A stretch of 64,000 nt of DNA from Mycobacterium sp. (GTDB taxonomy: Bacteria; Actinomycetota; Actinomycetes; Mycobacteriales; Mycobacteriaceae). The notes beneath the pieces are model-generated. The model saw only the letters and a list, made by a program, of their open reading frames with translations, searched no databases and was not told the DNA's origin. A program made the position numbers and the translations under genes. Shown piece by piece: positions 41,396-51,113 of this stretch. Where the stretch lies: the NCBI RefSeq assembly GCF_052143115.1, contig NZ_JBKQTQ010000252.1, positions 9,777 to 73,776 on the forward strand, given 5' to 3'. How positions within the stretch are numbered: position 1 is the stretch's first letter; the number at the start of each line of letters is the position of its first letter.

Positions 41396-41977
41396 ATGCA
41401 GCCGAACGCGCCAGATCACCGTCTGGATCGGTACGCACCTGTGATCGTCTTGGTACATATTGACTTGCGGCTATGTCGAACTGACGATAGCCACGATGAG
41501 CTACAACGCCGCGACCGAGCACGGCAGCAACTGCACGCCGTGGAGAAGATCAACGGCAAGTCAAGTGATTATCAGTTGGTCGTGTTGTTTTTGTGCAACC
41601 ACAACGCGGGCCGATCCCCAATGGCCATGGGGCTTTTCAACCATCTCGCCGGTGGCGGCGCCGCGGTGTGGTCCGGTGGTTCTGAGCCTAGGGGCAAGAT
41701 CAATCCCGCTGCCGTCGCGGTCATGGCCGAGCGTGGCATCGATATCTCTGGTGAATATCACAAGCCGTGGACCGGTGAGATCATCGCAGCCGCAGACGTG
41801 ATTGTCAGCATGGGCTGCGGCGACCGCGTCCCCGCCCTGCCCGGCTGTCGATACGAAGACTGGGACCTTGACGACCCGTCCGGCAAAGACGTGGCCGAGG
41901 TGCGGCTGATCCGCGACCAGATCGAACGCCGCGCGCGCGAGTTGCTCGACGACCTGCGGATTCCCTACCGGTCCTGA
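41396..41977 (+). CDS. Arsenate reductase ArsC / LMW-PTP family; N-terminus probably degraded
   Basis: CNHNAGRS P-loop, SMGCGD, DWDLDDP; start uncertain. Confidence 0.75.
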   Translation: MQPNAPDHRLDRYAPVIVLVHIDLRLCRTDDSHDELQRRDRARQQLHAVEKINGKSSDYQLVVLFLCNHNAGRSPMAMGLFNHLAGGGAAVWSGGSEPRGKINPAAVAVMAERGIDISGEYHKPWTGEIIAAADVIVSMGCGDRVPALPGCRYEDWDLDDPSGKDVAEVRLIRDQIERRARELLDDLRIPYRS

Positions 41978-42034
41978 ACGAGGCCGTCGAACCGAAGATG
42001 TGAAAGTTGACGGTTGGTACAGGATGATGTGCTG

Positions 42035-43624
42035 ATGTTTGGCCTCGTCGTAATCGTCGCGCTGTTCGCCACGGTGATCGTGGGTACGGTAGTGGGCCGG
42101 CGCTATCGCGTGGGCCCCCCGGTTCTGCTCATCCTGCTCGGCGCGCTGTTGGGTTTGATCCCTCGGTTCAGCAGTGTGCGACTCGACGGGGAGATCGTGC
42201 TGCTGCTGTTCTTGCCGGCGATTCTCTATTGGGAGGGCCTGAACACCAGCTTCCGCGAGATCCGCAAGAACCTGCGGGTGATCGCCTTCCTCAGTGTTGG
42301 CCTGGTGATTGCCACCGCGGTAACGGTGACCTGGACGGCACGGGCGCTTGGAATGGAGTCACACGCGGCGTCGGTCCTGGGCGCCGTGCTCTCTCCCACG
42401 GACGCCGCCGCCGTGGCGGGCCTGGCGAAACAGCTACCGCGCCGCGCGGTGACCGTGTTGAAGGCGGAAAGCATCATCAACGACGGGACCGCGCTCGTCC
42501 TCTTCACCGTGGCCGTGTCCGTCGCGGTCGGCGGCAACCCGGTCAGCCCGGCCGCCCTGACGGCCCGTTTCGTTGGCTCGTACCTCGGTGGCATCTGCGC
42601 AGGGCTGCTGGTCGGCCTGGCCGCGACCCTGGTGCGCCGCCGTATCGACGCACCGCAGGAGGAGGGAGCGCTGAGCCTGCTGACGCCATTCGCGGCGTTC
42701 TTGCTCGCCCAATCGATTCACTGCAGCGGTGTCGTCGCGGTTCTGGTGTCGGCCCTCGTGCTGGCCTACGCCGGGCCACATGTCATCCGGGCTCGTTCCC
42801 GCCTTCAGATGTACGCATTCTGGGATCTCGCGACGTTTCTGATCAACGGCTCGCTATGGGTGTTCGTCGGCGTGCAAATGCCCAAGGCGGTGCGCGGTAT
42901 AGCGGGCGTCGACGGCGGAATTCGCCACGCCGCATTGCTGGCTCTTGCCGTCACCGGCGTGCTGGTTGCGACTCGGTTTGTCTTTTCGGACCTTTTCACT
43001 TTCTTCCTTCGTGCTGTTGACAGGCGCGCGGTGCAGCGCACCCGTCGCATCGGCTGGCGCCAGCGGATGGTGTCCCGCTGGGCGGGCTTCCGCGGCGCAG
43101 TGTCGCTGGCCGCGGCGCTGGCGGTCCCGCTGACCACGCACAGCGGCGCCCCATTTCCGGACCGCAACCGGATCATCTTCGTCGTCTGCGTCGTGATTCT
43201 GGTAACCGTCCTCGTCCAGGGCGGAACGCTGCCCGACGTCGTTCGCTGGGCCCGGTTGCCCGAAGATGTAAGTCGCGCAGACGAATTGCAACTGGCCCGT
43301 TGTCGCGGCGCCCAGGCCGCCCTGGAAGCCCTGCCCGTGGTCGCCGCCGAAGTCGGCGCCAGCGAGGAGCTGGTGAGGCGCCTGCGGAAGGAATACGAAG
43401 AACACGCGGCCCTCGTTGAAGCCGGCGACGGTGAGGGGTCTAATGAGGTAACCGAGCGCAATGATCTGCTTCGGCGGGTGCGGCTTGGCGTGCTTGAACA
43501 CAAACGCCGGGCCATCACCGAGCTTCGAGACCAGAATCAGATCGACGACATCATTCTGCGCGAGTTGCAGTCGGTGATGGACCTGGAGGAGGTACGATTG
43601 CTCGAGCCAGCCGACACCGAATGA
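42035..43624 (+). CDS. yjcE: CPA1 Na+/H+ antiporter (Rv2287-like)
   Basis: LSPTDAAAV, ESIINDG, GFRGAVSLA. Confidence 0.88.
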   Translation: MFGLVVIVALFATVIVGTVVGRRYRVGPPVLLILLGALLGLIPRFSSVRLDGEIVLLLFLPAILYWEGLNTSFREIRKNLRVIAFLSVGLVIATAVTVTWTARALGMESHAASVLGAVLSPTDAAAVAGLAKQLPRRAVTVLKAESIINDGTALVLFTVAVSVAVGGNPVSPAALTARFVGSYLGGICAGLLVGLAATLVRRRIDAPQEEGALSLLTPFAAFLLAQSIHCSGVVAVLVSALVLAYAGPHVIRARSRLQMYAFWDLATFLINGSLWVFVGVQMPKAVRGIAGVDGGIRHAALLALAVTGVLVATRFVFSDLFTFFLRAVDRRAVQRTRRIGWRQRMVSRWAGFRGAVSLAAALAVPLTTHSGAPFPDRNRIIFVVCVVILVTVLVQGGTLPDVVRWARLPEDVSRADELQLARCRGAQAALEALPVVAAEVGASEELVRRLRKEYEEHAALVEAGDGEGSNEVTERNDLLRRVRLGVLEHKRRAITELRDQNQIDDIILRELQSVMDLEEVRLLEPADTE

Positions 43625-43638
43625 CGACGCGAAAGACC

Positions 43639-44328
43639 CTACCGCGCACCGACTTTGGCGGCAATTTGGTTGGCGATGTCGACGGCTGAGTTCTTCGGGT
43701 CGGGGCTGCAGGTGTTGACGTCGACGATGACGTTGTTCTTGATCGCTAGCGCCCGACCGCAGGCCCAACCGCCGGCCCGGGCATTCTGCTGCGTCGCAAT
43801 CGTGCTTAGCGCGCCGTCGGTATCGGATATCGGCCCGACGATCCATTCCGTCCCAGATTGGATGTGGGTATATCCGTGGCAGACCGGCCAGCGCAGGGCG
43901 GACGCGATTAAAAACAGACCGGCTTGTTTGGCGGTGGGAAACAACACCACCGCCTGCTCGGCGTAATGCGTGAAGTTATCGCCATCGTTGAGCGCCCGAT
44001 CCCGCACGGCGGTGAAGCCGCTGTCGGCGTAGACCTCGGCCTGCGCGGACCCGTCGATGGCCAGGCATTCCCGGGGCTTCATCGTGGCGCTGTCGTCAGA
44101 CATCGCGTCGTGCCTTCTGATGACCGCCATTTGGGCCGCGCCGATCATGGGGCTGATCTGCTCAGGGCTGAGCAGCAAATCATCGAGTTCACGCTCGACG
44201 ACAGGACGCGGAATGAGCGATGTGGCGGTCGTCGTCGACTTGACACTGGCTTGGTTACTACCGGCACCGCAACCGGCGCTGAGAATGCAGATGCCGACAA
44301 CGGCGAACGCTGCCGTGAAAAAGCGCAT
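43639..44328 (-). CDS. Lipoprotein with PknH-like extracellular sensor domain
   Basis: SAGC lipobox, QAVVLFP, WACGRAL...NNVIVDVNTC. Confidence 0.85.
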   Translation of the reverse strand: MRFFTAAFAVVGICILSAGCGAGSNQASVKSTTTATSLIPRPVVERELDDLLLSPEQISPMIGAAQMAVIRRHDAMSDDSATMKPRECLAIDGSAQAEVYADSGFTAVRDRALNDGDNFTHYAEQAVVLFPTAKQAGLFLIASALRWPVCHGYTHIQSGTEWIVGPISDTDGALSTIATQQNARAGGWACGRALAIKNNVIVDVNTCSPDPKNSAVDIANQIAAKVGAR

Positions 44329-44518
44329 CCTTCTTCATCCCCATTCCCCGAAACCCCAAGCCTACCGTGCGCTTCGGCGGGTAATACCAAGGAATTAAGC
44401 CAATTTTAGACTCCACTCAGTGATTCCAAATAGGGCGCGGATGGCTTGCGGAATACACATGCGCCGCAGTGTGTAACGACTGCGTTAACGTGATCAGCGA
44501 CGGATCGTCAAACGGCTC

Positions 44519-45064
44519 ATGGGCAAACCGCGCATTGGGTACCGTCAACCCGTGTCCCTTAGGCGGGAAAGCCCAATTCGCGGCCGGCGGCTGCGGCTCG
44601 ATGAGGCGCTGATGGAGCGCGCACTCATGAGTCCGGCCGGCTACCGGTTCCTCGTCCACGTAGCACCGCGCATCGACAAGATGGTGATTCCTCGTACAAA
44701 CGGTCGTCTGAGCTCGGTCGGAATCGACAGGGTGGGCCTCGTCACCACCACCGGTGCGAAGTCCGGGTTGCCGCGCACCCATCCGCTGGTACTTCTTGAC
44801 GACTCTGACGGCCTAATTGCAATCGGGTCCAACTATGGTCGCCCGCCACACCCGGCGTGGAGCAGCAACCTGCTGGCCCACCCCGAATGCACGGTCGAGT
44901 TCCTGGCTCCGCCCGCGCAATACCGAGCCGAGTTGCTAACCGGCGACGCCCGCGCCTCGGCATGGGCCACGGCCACCGACTTTTACGCCGGTTACGAGCG
45001 CTACCGAACAAAATGCGCGCCACGCGAGATCAGGGTCTTCCGCCTCCGGCCCATCGCCGGCTGA
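44519..45064 (+). CDS. F420H2-dependent reductase (Ddn/FDOR-A family)
   Basis: TTGAKSGLPRTHPL, SNYG...HPAW..NL, REIRVFRL. Confidence 0.88.
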   Translation: MGKPRIGYRQPVSLRRESPIRGRRLRLDEALMERALMSPAGYRFLVHVAPRIDKMVIPRTNGRLSSVGIDRVGLVTTTGAKSGLPRTHPLVLLDDSDGLIAIGSNYGRPPHPAWSSNLLAHPECTVEFLAPPAQYRAELLTGDARASAWATATDFYAGYERYRTKCAPREIRVFRLRPIAG

Positions 45065-45163
45065 CACGCGTCAGCCTCTTCGGTACTTGGAGTTCATGGC
45101 CTGTTCAACCAACCGTCGATGTCAGATCGTTGACCGCACACGAGCAGCAGTTCTGCTGGCTAT

Positions 45164-46309
45164 ATGCGTGTCGTTCAGGTCGCCAACTTCTACGGACCTC
45201 GCTCCGGCGGCCTTCGCACCGCGGTGGACCGGCTCGGCGCGGAATACTGCGCCGCCGGCCACCAAGTGTTTCTGATCGTTCCCGGGCGGCACACCGCCCA
45301 TACCCGGCTGTCCACGGGTGTGGTGCGAATTACCGTGCCCGCCAGGTTGATTCCCTTCACCGGCGGCTACCGCGCGGTGTTGCCTGGACCGGTCCGGGCA
45401 CTCCTGGAATCACTCGGGCCGGACACCTTAGAGGTCTCTGACCGGCTCACGCTGAGGTCACTGGGCCGCTGGGGGCGCGAGCACGGTGCCATCACGGTGA
45501 TGATCTCCCACGAGCGCCTCGATCGCCTTGCAGGCCAAATACTTCCGCGTCGAACCGCACGGACGTTCGCTGACTTCGCCAACAGGCGCACGGCCGCCAA
45601 CTACGACACCGTGGTGTGCACCACCGGGTTTGCCCGCGAAGAATTCGATCGCATCGGGGCGACGAATACCGTCACCGTCCCACTGGGCGTGGACCTGGAG
45701 ACCTTCCACCCGTCTCGGCGCTCCGACCTGGTACGTCAGCGCTGGGCCGCGCCGTCGCAGATCCTGCTGGTGCACTGTGGCCGCCTGTCGGTGGAAAAAC
45801 GGGCCGACCGCAGCATCGACGCGGTCGCCGAGTTGTGTCGTGCGGGTATCGAGGCCCGACTTGTCGTCGTGGGCGACGGCCCGTTGCGGGCCAGGTTGCA
45901 ACGGCAGGCCGCTCGATTGCCGATCGATTTCACCGGTTTCATTTCCGACCGGCATACCGTCGCCGCGCTGCTGGCTTCGGCTGACGTCGCGCTCGCGCCC
46001 GGGCCGCACGAAACTTTCGGGCTGGCTGCGCTGGAATCGCTCGCATGTGGCACGCCGGCCGTGGTTTCCCGCACGTCAGCACTGGGCGAAATCATCACCG
46101 CAGACAGCGGCGCCTTGGCCGACAACGACCCCGCGGCCATCGCGCAAGCGGTCAGCGCGGTCGTCAGCCGGCCCGAAGACCACCGGCGCGCCTGTGCGAG
46201 ACGCCGTGCCGAGATGTTCACGTGGCAGCGCGCGGCAATCGGAATGCTGACGACGCTCGGCGCCATGCCAGTTGCCGACGAGTGCGACGACTCGGAGAAC
46301 ACCGCGTAG
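45164..46309 (+). CDS. GT4-family glycosyltransferase
   Basis: GRLSVEK, ETFGLAALE (Ex7E). Confidence 0.9.
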   Translation: MRVVQVANFYGPRSGGLRTAVDRLGAEYCAAGHQVFLIVPGRHTAHTRLSTGVVRITVPARLIPFTGGYRAVLPGPVRALLESLGPDTLEVSDRLTLRSLGRWGREHGAITVMISHERLDRLAGQILPRRTARTFADFANRRTAANYDTVVCTTGFAREEFDRIGATNTVTVPLGVDLETFHPSRRSDLVRQRWAAPSQILLVHCGRLSVEKRADRSIDAVAELCRAGIEARLVVVGDGPLRARLQRQAARLPIDFTGFISDRHTVAALLASADVALAPGPHETFGLAALESLACGTPAVVSRTSALGEIITADSGALADNDPAAIAQAVSAVVSRPEDHRRACARRRAEMFTWQRAAIGMLTTLGAMPVADECDDSENTA

Positions 46310-46337
46310 CGCTCTGCGCGGCAGCGCCTAGCCGGGG

Positions 46338-46742
46338 TTAGCTTTGCGGACTCGAGTTGGTGGGTCCCACCTGACCGGTGAGCGGATTGACCTGTACCGT
46401 CATCGGCCCCCGTTGTCCGGCCGCGTTTCCCTTTCCGCGCTGCTGCGCTTGGGCGAGCGCGTTGATCATCGGGTTGTCCTTCAAGAGTTGCTTCCGGTCT
46501 TCTTCGGACAGCTCGTAAAACGCCCACAGGCCCCAGGCGGCGGGCCGCACGTACAACGTCACTTTCTGATGTCGACGCTTGTTTTGCGACAGCACCGCAG
46601 GAATGGGTACCACCCGATCCAGCGTCGCAGAACTCACCAGTTCCTGCGCGATCTTGTCCACATCCACCGCGTCCTGAAGCTCGTAGACCAACGACTGATG
46701 GGGAGTGTGGGATGGGCCCTGAAGGGCCAGGAACCACGCCAT
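46338..46742 (-). CDS. Hypothetical protein
   Basis: GAAGGAG RBS and coding-like composition; no recognised domain. Confidence 0.7.
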   Translation of the reverse strand: MAWFLALQGPSHTPHQSLVYELQDAVDVDKIAQELVSSATLDRVVPIPAVLSQNKRRHQKVTLYVRPAAWGLWAFYELSEEDRKQLLKDNPMINALAQAQQRGKGNAAGQRGPMTVQVNPLTGQVGPTNSSPQS

Positions 46743-46854
46743 CCGGCGTCTCCTTCGCTTGCCGTTATCAGCGCAACTGTAAAGGACGTGGTCGCGTTGA
46801 GCGGCCAGGACTCAGCTCGCCTGCAACAGTTTCGCCGGTCCCCGCGTTCTACGA

Positions 46855-47628
46855 CTAACTGGGATCGGGAAACGCTGCGGTGCTGGCGGGCGCTCCTCTC
46901 GCAACCACAACCGGCATCGACGTCGACGCATCGGTGCGCAGAATGGTGTGCACCACTTCGATGAGGTCGTCGATCGGCATCAACTTGCCCGGCATGCAGC
47001 CACGCGACGACCAAAGCGGGACGGCCTTCACCGCGAGCTCCATGTCCCAGCCGATGTTCATTCCGGTTTGGCCGTCGCCCTCTCCGCCCGCGCACTCCCC
47101 GACGATCAAGCACGTGAAGCCGATCTCCGGGTGTTCGGCCCGCCACGCGTCGACGAGTCTTTCGAGCGCCGCCTTGCTGACGCCATACGCACCGAGGCCC
47201 GGCCAGGGCGGCCCGAAGGTGCCTGCGTCAGAAGAGAGGTAGACCGCCTTGCCCGCGGAGGTCGTCAGGTGTGGCACCGCCGCTGCCGTCAACAGCGCCG
47301 CACCGATGACATTGGTATCGAAGATCTGCCGCCAGGTTTGGGCATCCATGTCGACCATGCGGACCAGTGGGCCAACCGCCGGCGTGTACACCAGGTTGTC
47401 GATACCGCCGAGTGCTTCGGCGGCCTCGCTGATGGCCGCTCGACAGGATCCCTCGTCGGTGACATCGCATTCGATGGCGATGGTGCCCGCGCCCGCTTCC
47501 TTGGCGGCAGCCTCGATACGCGCGCGACGCCGGGCGAGCAACGCGACCTGAGCGCCACGCTGCGCGAGGCCGACACCGATGCAACGCCCAAGTCCGCTTG
47601 AGGCGCCGACCACCACTGTCCTTGACAT
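46855..47628 (-). CDS. SDR oxidoreductase
   Basis: VGASSGLG, YGVSK. Confidence 0.88.
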   Translation of the reverse strand: MSRTVVVGASSGLGRCIGVGLAQRGAQVALLARRRARIEAAAKEAGAGTIAIECDVTDEGSCRAAISEAAEALGGIDNLVYTPAVGPLVRMVDMDAQTWRQIFDTNVIGAALLTAAAVPHLTTSAGKAVYLSSDAGTFGPPWPGLGAYGVSKAALERLVDAWRAEHPEIGFTCLIVGECAGGEGDGQTGMNIGWDMELAVKAVPLWSSRGCMPGKLMPIDDLIEVVHTILRTDASTSMPVVVARGAPASTAAFPDPS

Positions 47629-47826
47629 ATTCGCCCTCTCCTGTAACGAGCCCGCTGCAGGCAACAGCGTATCGGCCGCCAACCGGGCTGGTGACTCCCG
47701 GCCATCGCCGAGGTATCGGAAGCCGATTCCAGGGCCTTAGATATTCCGTCCGGATAGCCGGTGACCTGGCATTTGTGAGCTTAGACACATCAACGAACGG
47801 GCTAACCCCGGCTCGCAAGTGAGGAT

Positions 47827-48111
47827 TTGGTGCGCAACGCGCACCTGGCTTCCGGGAGTGTGATCCAGATGGGCATGACCTCTTTCGCCGTCGCTGAAAT
47901 GCGGTCCGACGACCGCGACTACGACAATTGGCTAGCCACCCTGACCCAAGTGTCTGCGCGCCTGGACATTTTGCAGACCGTGGTCACCGAGCTGTGCGAG
48001 CTATGCGAAAACGAGGACGTGCTCAAAAGCCGACAAGTCCTGGCGATACTCGAAAGGCAAGGGGCGATGACTAAGGCCGCTGACACAAGCTCCGCCGCCA
48101 AACTGATGTAG
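47827..48111 (+). CDS. Small hypothetical protein
   Basis: ORF with amphipathic-helix-like composition; start uncertain. Confidence 0.45.
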   Translation: MVRNAHLASGSVIQMGMTSFAVAEMRSDDRDYDNWLATLTQVSARLDILQTVVTELCELCENEDVLKSRQVLAILERQGAMTKAADTSSAAKLM

Positions 48112-48132
48112 TACGTCAGTCTGCTCAGTACG

Positions 48133-49113
48133 GTGAGCAGTATGAAGTATCTGGACGTCGACGGAATCGGACGAGTCAGCCGGATCGGGCTGGGCACCTG
48201 GCAGTTCGGGTCGCGTGAGTGGGGCTACGGGGACAATTACGCCTCGGGACCCGCCCGCGACATCGTGCGTCGCGCCCTCGCCCTGGGGGTCACCCTCTTC
48301 GATACCGCCGAGGCATACGGACTCGGTAAAAGCGAACGCATCCTCGGTGAGGCACTCGGCGATGAGCGCACCGAGGTAGCGGTGGCCAGCAAGATCTTCC
48401 CGGTCGCCCCTTTCCCTGCCGTGGTCAAACAGCGCGAGCGCGCCAGTGCACGACGGCTGCAGCTAGACCGCATCCCGCTCTACCAAATCCACCAGCCCAA
48501 CCCGGTAGTTCCGGACTCGGTGATCATGCCGGGCATGCGCGACCTGCTGGACAGCGGCGCCATCGGCGCAGCCGGCGTCTCGAACTACTCGCTGTCACGT
48601 TGGCAGAAGGCTGATGCCGCGCTCGGCCGGCCGGTCATCAGCAACCAGGTGCATTTCTCACTCGCCCACCTTGGTGCGCTTGACAACCTCGTTCCGTTCG
48701 CCGAGCGCGAGAACCGCGTCGTGGTCGCCTACAGCCCACTGGCGCAAGGGCTTTTGGGCGGCAAGTACGGCGTCGACAACCGTCCTGGTGGGGTTCGCGC
48801 GATTAACTCGCTTTTCGGCACCGAGAACCTACGTCGTATCGAGCCGCTGCTGCAGACGTTGCGCGACGTCGCGACGGAAGTCGGCGCCAAGCCGGCACAG
48901 GTCGCGCTGTCCTGGCTGATCAGCGTGCCGAGCGTGGTCGCCATTCCCGGCGCGTCCAGTGTTGAGCAGCTCGAGTTCAACGTCGCCGCCGCCGATATCG
49001 AGCTGAGCGCAGACTCCCGCGACGCGCTCACCGAGGCGGCACGCAACTTCCGGCCGGTGTCGACGCGGCAATTCCTCACCGAGACCGTCCGCGAGAAGCT
49101 CGGCCGTCACTGA
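48133..49113 (+). CDS. Aldo/keto reductase (Rv2298-like)
   Basis: GLGTWQ, FDTAEAYG, GVSN, YSPLAQG, IPG. Confidence 0.92.
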   Translation: MSSMKYLDVDGIGRVSRIGLGTWQFGSREWGYGDNYASGPARDIVRRALALGVTLFDTAEAYGLGKSERILGEALGDERTEVAVASKIFPVAPFPAVVKQRERASARRLQLDRIPLYQIHQPNPVVPDSVIMPGMRDLLDSGAIGAAGVSNYSLSRWQKADAALGRPVISNQVHFSLAHLGALDNLVPFAERENRVVVAYSPLAQGLLGGKYGVDNRPGGVRAINSLFGTENLRRIEPLLQTLRDVATEVGAKPAQVALSWLISVPSVVAIPGASSVEQLEFNVAAADIELSADSRDALTEAARNFRPVSTRQFLTETVREKLGRH

Positions 49114-49129
49114 TCCGGGTTGGTCTCCG

Positions 49130-50917
49130 CTAGGGCCGCGACTCCTCGGGAGTCCAGGCCAGCGGCTGGCCCGGCTGACCGGGAAATAGATAGTCGATGA
49201 AAGCCGCAGCGGTGGGTTGTGGTTCGTGATTGGCCAGGCCTGGCCGCTCGTTGGCTTCAATGAAGGCGTATTCAGAGCCGGTGATGTCGGGCACGAGCAG
49301 GTCGATGCCGGTCACCCGGATGCCGATCGCCTCTGCAGCAGCCACCGCAACCGCGCAGAGTTCCGGGTTCACCTCAGGGGTGACATCGTGGATCGTGCCG
49401 CCTTGGTGCAGGTTGGCGGTGTGGCGAACGCGGAGCCGAATTCCTTGCGGCAAGACGTCGTCCAGCATCCAGCCGGCTTCCGCGACGGTCGCCTCGGTGA
49501 TCTCGTCCAGTGGGATACGTGACTCACCACCGGTAGCCGCCGAGCGCCGTCGGCTCTCGGCGGCGATCAAATCGCGGACGGTGTGCTCACCGGTGCCGAT
49601 GATCTCGGCAGGCAACCTCAGCGCGGCGGCCACTACCCGACCGTCGATCACCACCAACCGCAGGTCGCTGCCGGCGACCCGCTGCTCGATGAGTACCTCC
49701 GGATACTGCTCGCGCGCGCGTGCCACGGCGGCTGCGAGTTCTTCAGGCCCGTGGCCGGCGAGAACGCCCACGGTGATGCCCTTACCCTGCTCACCTCGGG
49801 TGGGCTTGACGACGACCTCGCCGACTTCTTTCAGAAACGCGTAGTCGCCATCGTTCAAGGTGGCCAGGCGGGCCCGAGGCACCGTGATGCCGGCTTCGGA
49901 GACCAGCCGCCGGGTCAGCCGTTTGTCGTCGCACCGGCACATGGCGATCGCGGAGGTGAACTCGGACAACGACTCACGGGTGATCACACTGCGGCCACCG
50001 TGAGTCAGCCGCATCTCGCCGGTCTCGGCGTCCAGGACCTCCACCCAGATACCGCGGCGCATCGCCTCGTCGGCGATGATCCGCGCGTAGGGATTGAGGT
50101 CGTCGACCGTCTCCGGCGGCGCGGTGAACAGCGGTTCGTTGATCGCGTTCTTGCGTTTGATCGCCAGCACCGGAACGCGGCGAAAGCCCAGCTTCTCGTA
50201 GAGGCTGATAGCCGCGACGTTGTCGTGCGCGACTGAAAGGTCCATGTAGGCGCGGCCCAGACCGTGGAAGTGTTGCGCCAGTGCACGGGTCAGGGCCACT
50301 CCAATGCCGGGAAGTGCCGCCGCGGGGTCGACTGCCAGGGTCCACAGGCTGGATCCGTGCTCGGGGTCGGAGAACAGCAACTCGTGGTCCACGCCGGTCA
50401 CGGTGCCGACCACGGCATCGTCGTCGTCGCGCACCGCAAGCAGATACGTGACTGCTTCCACATGCTGATGGTTGTCCCAGATCGTCTCGATCGGTGAAGG
50501 GACCATTCCGCAGCGCACGAACACGCGGTTCATCGCGTCGGCGTCGGCCGGGTCGTTCAGGCTGCGGACGGTGATCCCGATCGGCGATGGAGCCAGGTCC
50601 TCCTGCGTGGTCTCATCGGTGAAGCGCAGTCGATAGGTGTGGCTGGGGTCGATGAAGAGCTCAGTCGGGGCTCCGGCGACCACCACGTGGGACTCGCGCG
50701 CGTAGATACAGATATCGCGGCGCCCGGGCGCTTCTCGTCGCAGTGCCTCGGTCAGCGTGGCCACATCGGCGAAGGTTTGACCGAAGATTAGTTTGCCCCA
50801 ACCTAATTCGAGCTCCACATCTTTGGCCATCGCGTCCACGAGGTGGGGCGGCGACGCGTCGTGCAGGCCCAGCGTGATTGCCTCGGGATGGTCCTCTGAC
50901 GGATCGATAACTGTCAT
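49130..50917 (-). CDS. ngg: N-acetylglutaminylglutamine synthetase (GNAT + ATP-grasp)
   Basis: GWGKLIFGQTF, RDICIY, GNAT (SLWTLAVD), KRKNAINE, ATP-grasp IEANERPGLANH. Confidence 0.88.
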   Translation of the reverse strand: MTVIDPSEDHPEAITLGLHDASPPHLVDAMAKDVELELGWGKLIFGQTFADVATLTEALRREAPGRRDICIYARESHVVVAGAPTELFIDPSHTYRLRFTDETTQEDLAPSPIGITVRSLNDPADADAMNRVFVRCGMVPSPIETIWDNHQHVEAVTYLLAVRDDDDAVVGTVTGVDHELLFSDPEHGSSLWTLAVDPAAALPGIGVALTRALAQHFHGLGRAYMDLSVAHDNVAAISLYEKLGFRRVPVLAIKRKNAINEPLFTAPPETVDDLNPYARIIADEAMRRGIWVEVLDAETGEMRLTHGGRSVITRESLSEFTSAIAMCRCDDKRLTRRLVSEAGITVPRARLATLNDGDYAFLKEVGEVVVKPTRGEQGKGITVGVLAGHGPEELAAAVARAREQYPEVLIEQRVAGSDLRLVVIDGRVVAAALRLPAEIIGTGEHTVRDLIAAESRRRSAATGGESRIPLDEITEATVAEAGWMLDDVLPQGIRLRVRHTANLHQGGTIHDVTPEVNPELCAVAVAAAEAIGIRVTGIDLLVPDITGSEYAFIEANERPGLANHEPQPTAAAFIDYLFPGQPGQPLAWTPEESRP

Positions 50918-51113
50918 GCCGCCGGACCTGCCCCGTCGCGGCGCTGCGGCCACGGCAATTCCCACGTCATAGCCATGTTGTCTACCCAACTCAACAGTTC
51001 GTCTATCAACTTCCCTGTCGTATTCCAGGCCGCAGCACTCACCCCTAGTCTGGCACCGACGGAATCTCCGCGCAGCCCCGGTCACTGCGCGGCGGTTGGC
51101 AGGGTGTCGACCC

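Noticed and set aside
50940-51010. VELGRQHG upstream of ngg as a remnant of the asnO C-terminus
   Set aside because: Similarity too short and weak to support without an alignment
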